From Elusimicrobiota bacterium (lineage in GTDB: Bacteria > Elusimicrobiota > Elusimicrobia > Elusimicrobiales > UBA9959), in contig JBAXKK010000062.1 of NCBI GenBank assembly GCA_037137395.1, forward strand, positions 1 to 15,902: 15,902 nt of DNA, in the 5' to 3' direction. Both the position numbers and the translations under genes were made by a program. Below, one piece after another: positions 15,070-15,902 of this stretch. The notes under the pieces are model-generated. The model searched no databases and was not told the origin of the DNA. It saw only the letters and a list, made by a program, of their open reading frames with translations. Position 1 is the first letter of the stretch. Every line of letters starts with the position of its first letter.

Positions 15070-15873
15070 ATGTTTTATTTTCTTACTTACGGCTTTATCC
15101 AGAGGGCTTATCTGGCCGGTTCTTTTGTCGCCGCGCTCTGCGCCATGCTCGGGCTGTTTCTGGTTCTGCGCAAGCTGTCGCTTATCGGCGACGGGCTGTC
15201 GCATGTGAGCTTTGGCGCGATAGCGCTGGGGCTCTTCTTCGGCTTCTATCCCTTCTATGTGGCCATCCCGGTTGTGCTGATTGCTTCCTATTTTATTTTA
15301 AAGCTTACCGGAAAGGCGAAGATGTACGGTGACGCAGCTATCGGGATTGTTTCCTCGGTCGGTATAGCCTCCGGAGTTATACTGGCCAGCTTATCCAAAG
15401 GGTTTAATGTGGATCTTTTCAGCTATCTGTTCGGCAATATACTCGCGATAAGCGGCCGTGAAGTATATTTGTCTATCGGCCTGTCACTGGCGGTTCTGCT
15501 GATCATCGTGGCTTTTTATAATGATCTGTTCTCAACTACTTTTGACCAGGAATATGCCAAGCTTACCGGCGTAAAAACTGCCCGCATTGACCTGCTCCTG
15601 ACCTCCCTTACCGCTGTTACTGTCGTGCTGGCTATTAAGGTTGTCGGTATTATGCTGGTTTCAGCCCTGCTTATTCTGCCGGCGGTAACAGCCCTTCAGC
15701 TCGCCAAAGGATTCAGGACCGCCATGGCGCTTTCCGTGCTGACAGCGGTCATGTCGGTGTTTATGGGGATAACGATATCTTTTTTTATGGATTTACCCGC
15801 CGGCGCTACGATAGTGCTGTGCAATGCGGCATTTTTCGCGGCCGCGCTGCTGTTTAAGATGATGCGGAAATAA
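15070..15873 (+). CDS. znuB: Metal ABC transporter permease
   Basis: SLIGDGLSH, YLFGNIL, VVGIMLVSALLILP, LPAGATIV (ABC-3 permease motifs). Confidence 0.92.
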   Translation: MFYFLTYGFIQRAYLAGSFVAALCAMLGLFLVLRKLSLIGDGLSHVSFGAIALGLFFGFYPFYVAIPVVLIASYFILKLTGKAKMYGDAAIGIVSSVGIASGVILASLSKGFNVDLFSYLFGNILAISGREVYLSIGLSLAVLLIIVAFYNDLFSTTFDQEYAKLTGVKTARIDLLLTSLTAVTVVLAIKVVGIMLVSALLILPAVTALQLAKGFRTAMALSVLTAVMSVFMGITISFFMDLPAGATIVLCNAAFFAAALLFKMMRK

Positions 15874-15902
15874 ACGAATAAGTGGATCAGTGGTGAAAGT
15901 TA

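Overview
Bacterial chromosomal window; the gene style (a GspG-like pilin, an S8 protease with an FlgD-Ig/T9SS-like tail) suggests Elusimicrobiota, which is inference only. Order: 3' end of lemA, htpX, an atypical efp, a HAD hydrolase, a signal-peptide protein with two SpoVG-like repeats, a subtilisin-like S8 protease, DUF192, a PilB/GspE ATPase, a putative outer-membrane protein, smpB (minus), tRNA-Leu(CAG), a ~255-bp structured insert bounded by copies of the tRNA 3' end, a 749-750 bp tandem duplication carrying two nucleotide-identical pilin genes with diverged promoters (copy 1 followed by a truncated pilD 5' fragment), intact pilD, tRNA-Ser(UGA) (minus), prfC, and a znuA-znuC-znuB-type metal ABC transporter. 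Many intergenic gaps hold degenerate 7- or 8-nt periodic arrays (AGGGNNN, AGTGNNN, GGCAAAGC/GCARTTTA) that start at stop codons and often form long inverted repeats. Best leads: the tRNA-3'-end element, the homogenised pilin duplication with a possible leader RNA switch, the exported tandem-SpoVG protein upstream of the pilus ATPase, the Gln-tipped EF-P, and the stop-codon-anchored heptamer arrays.
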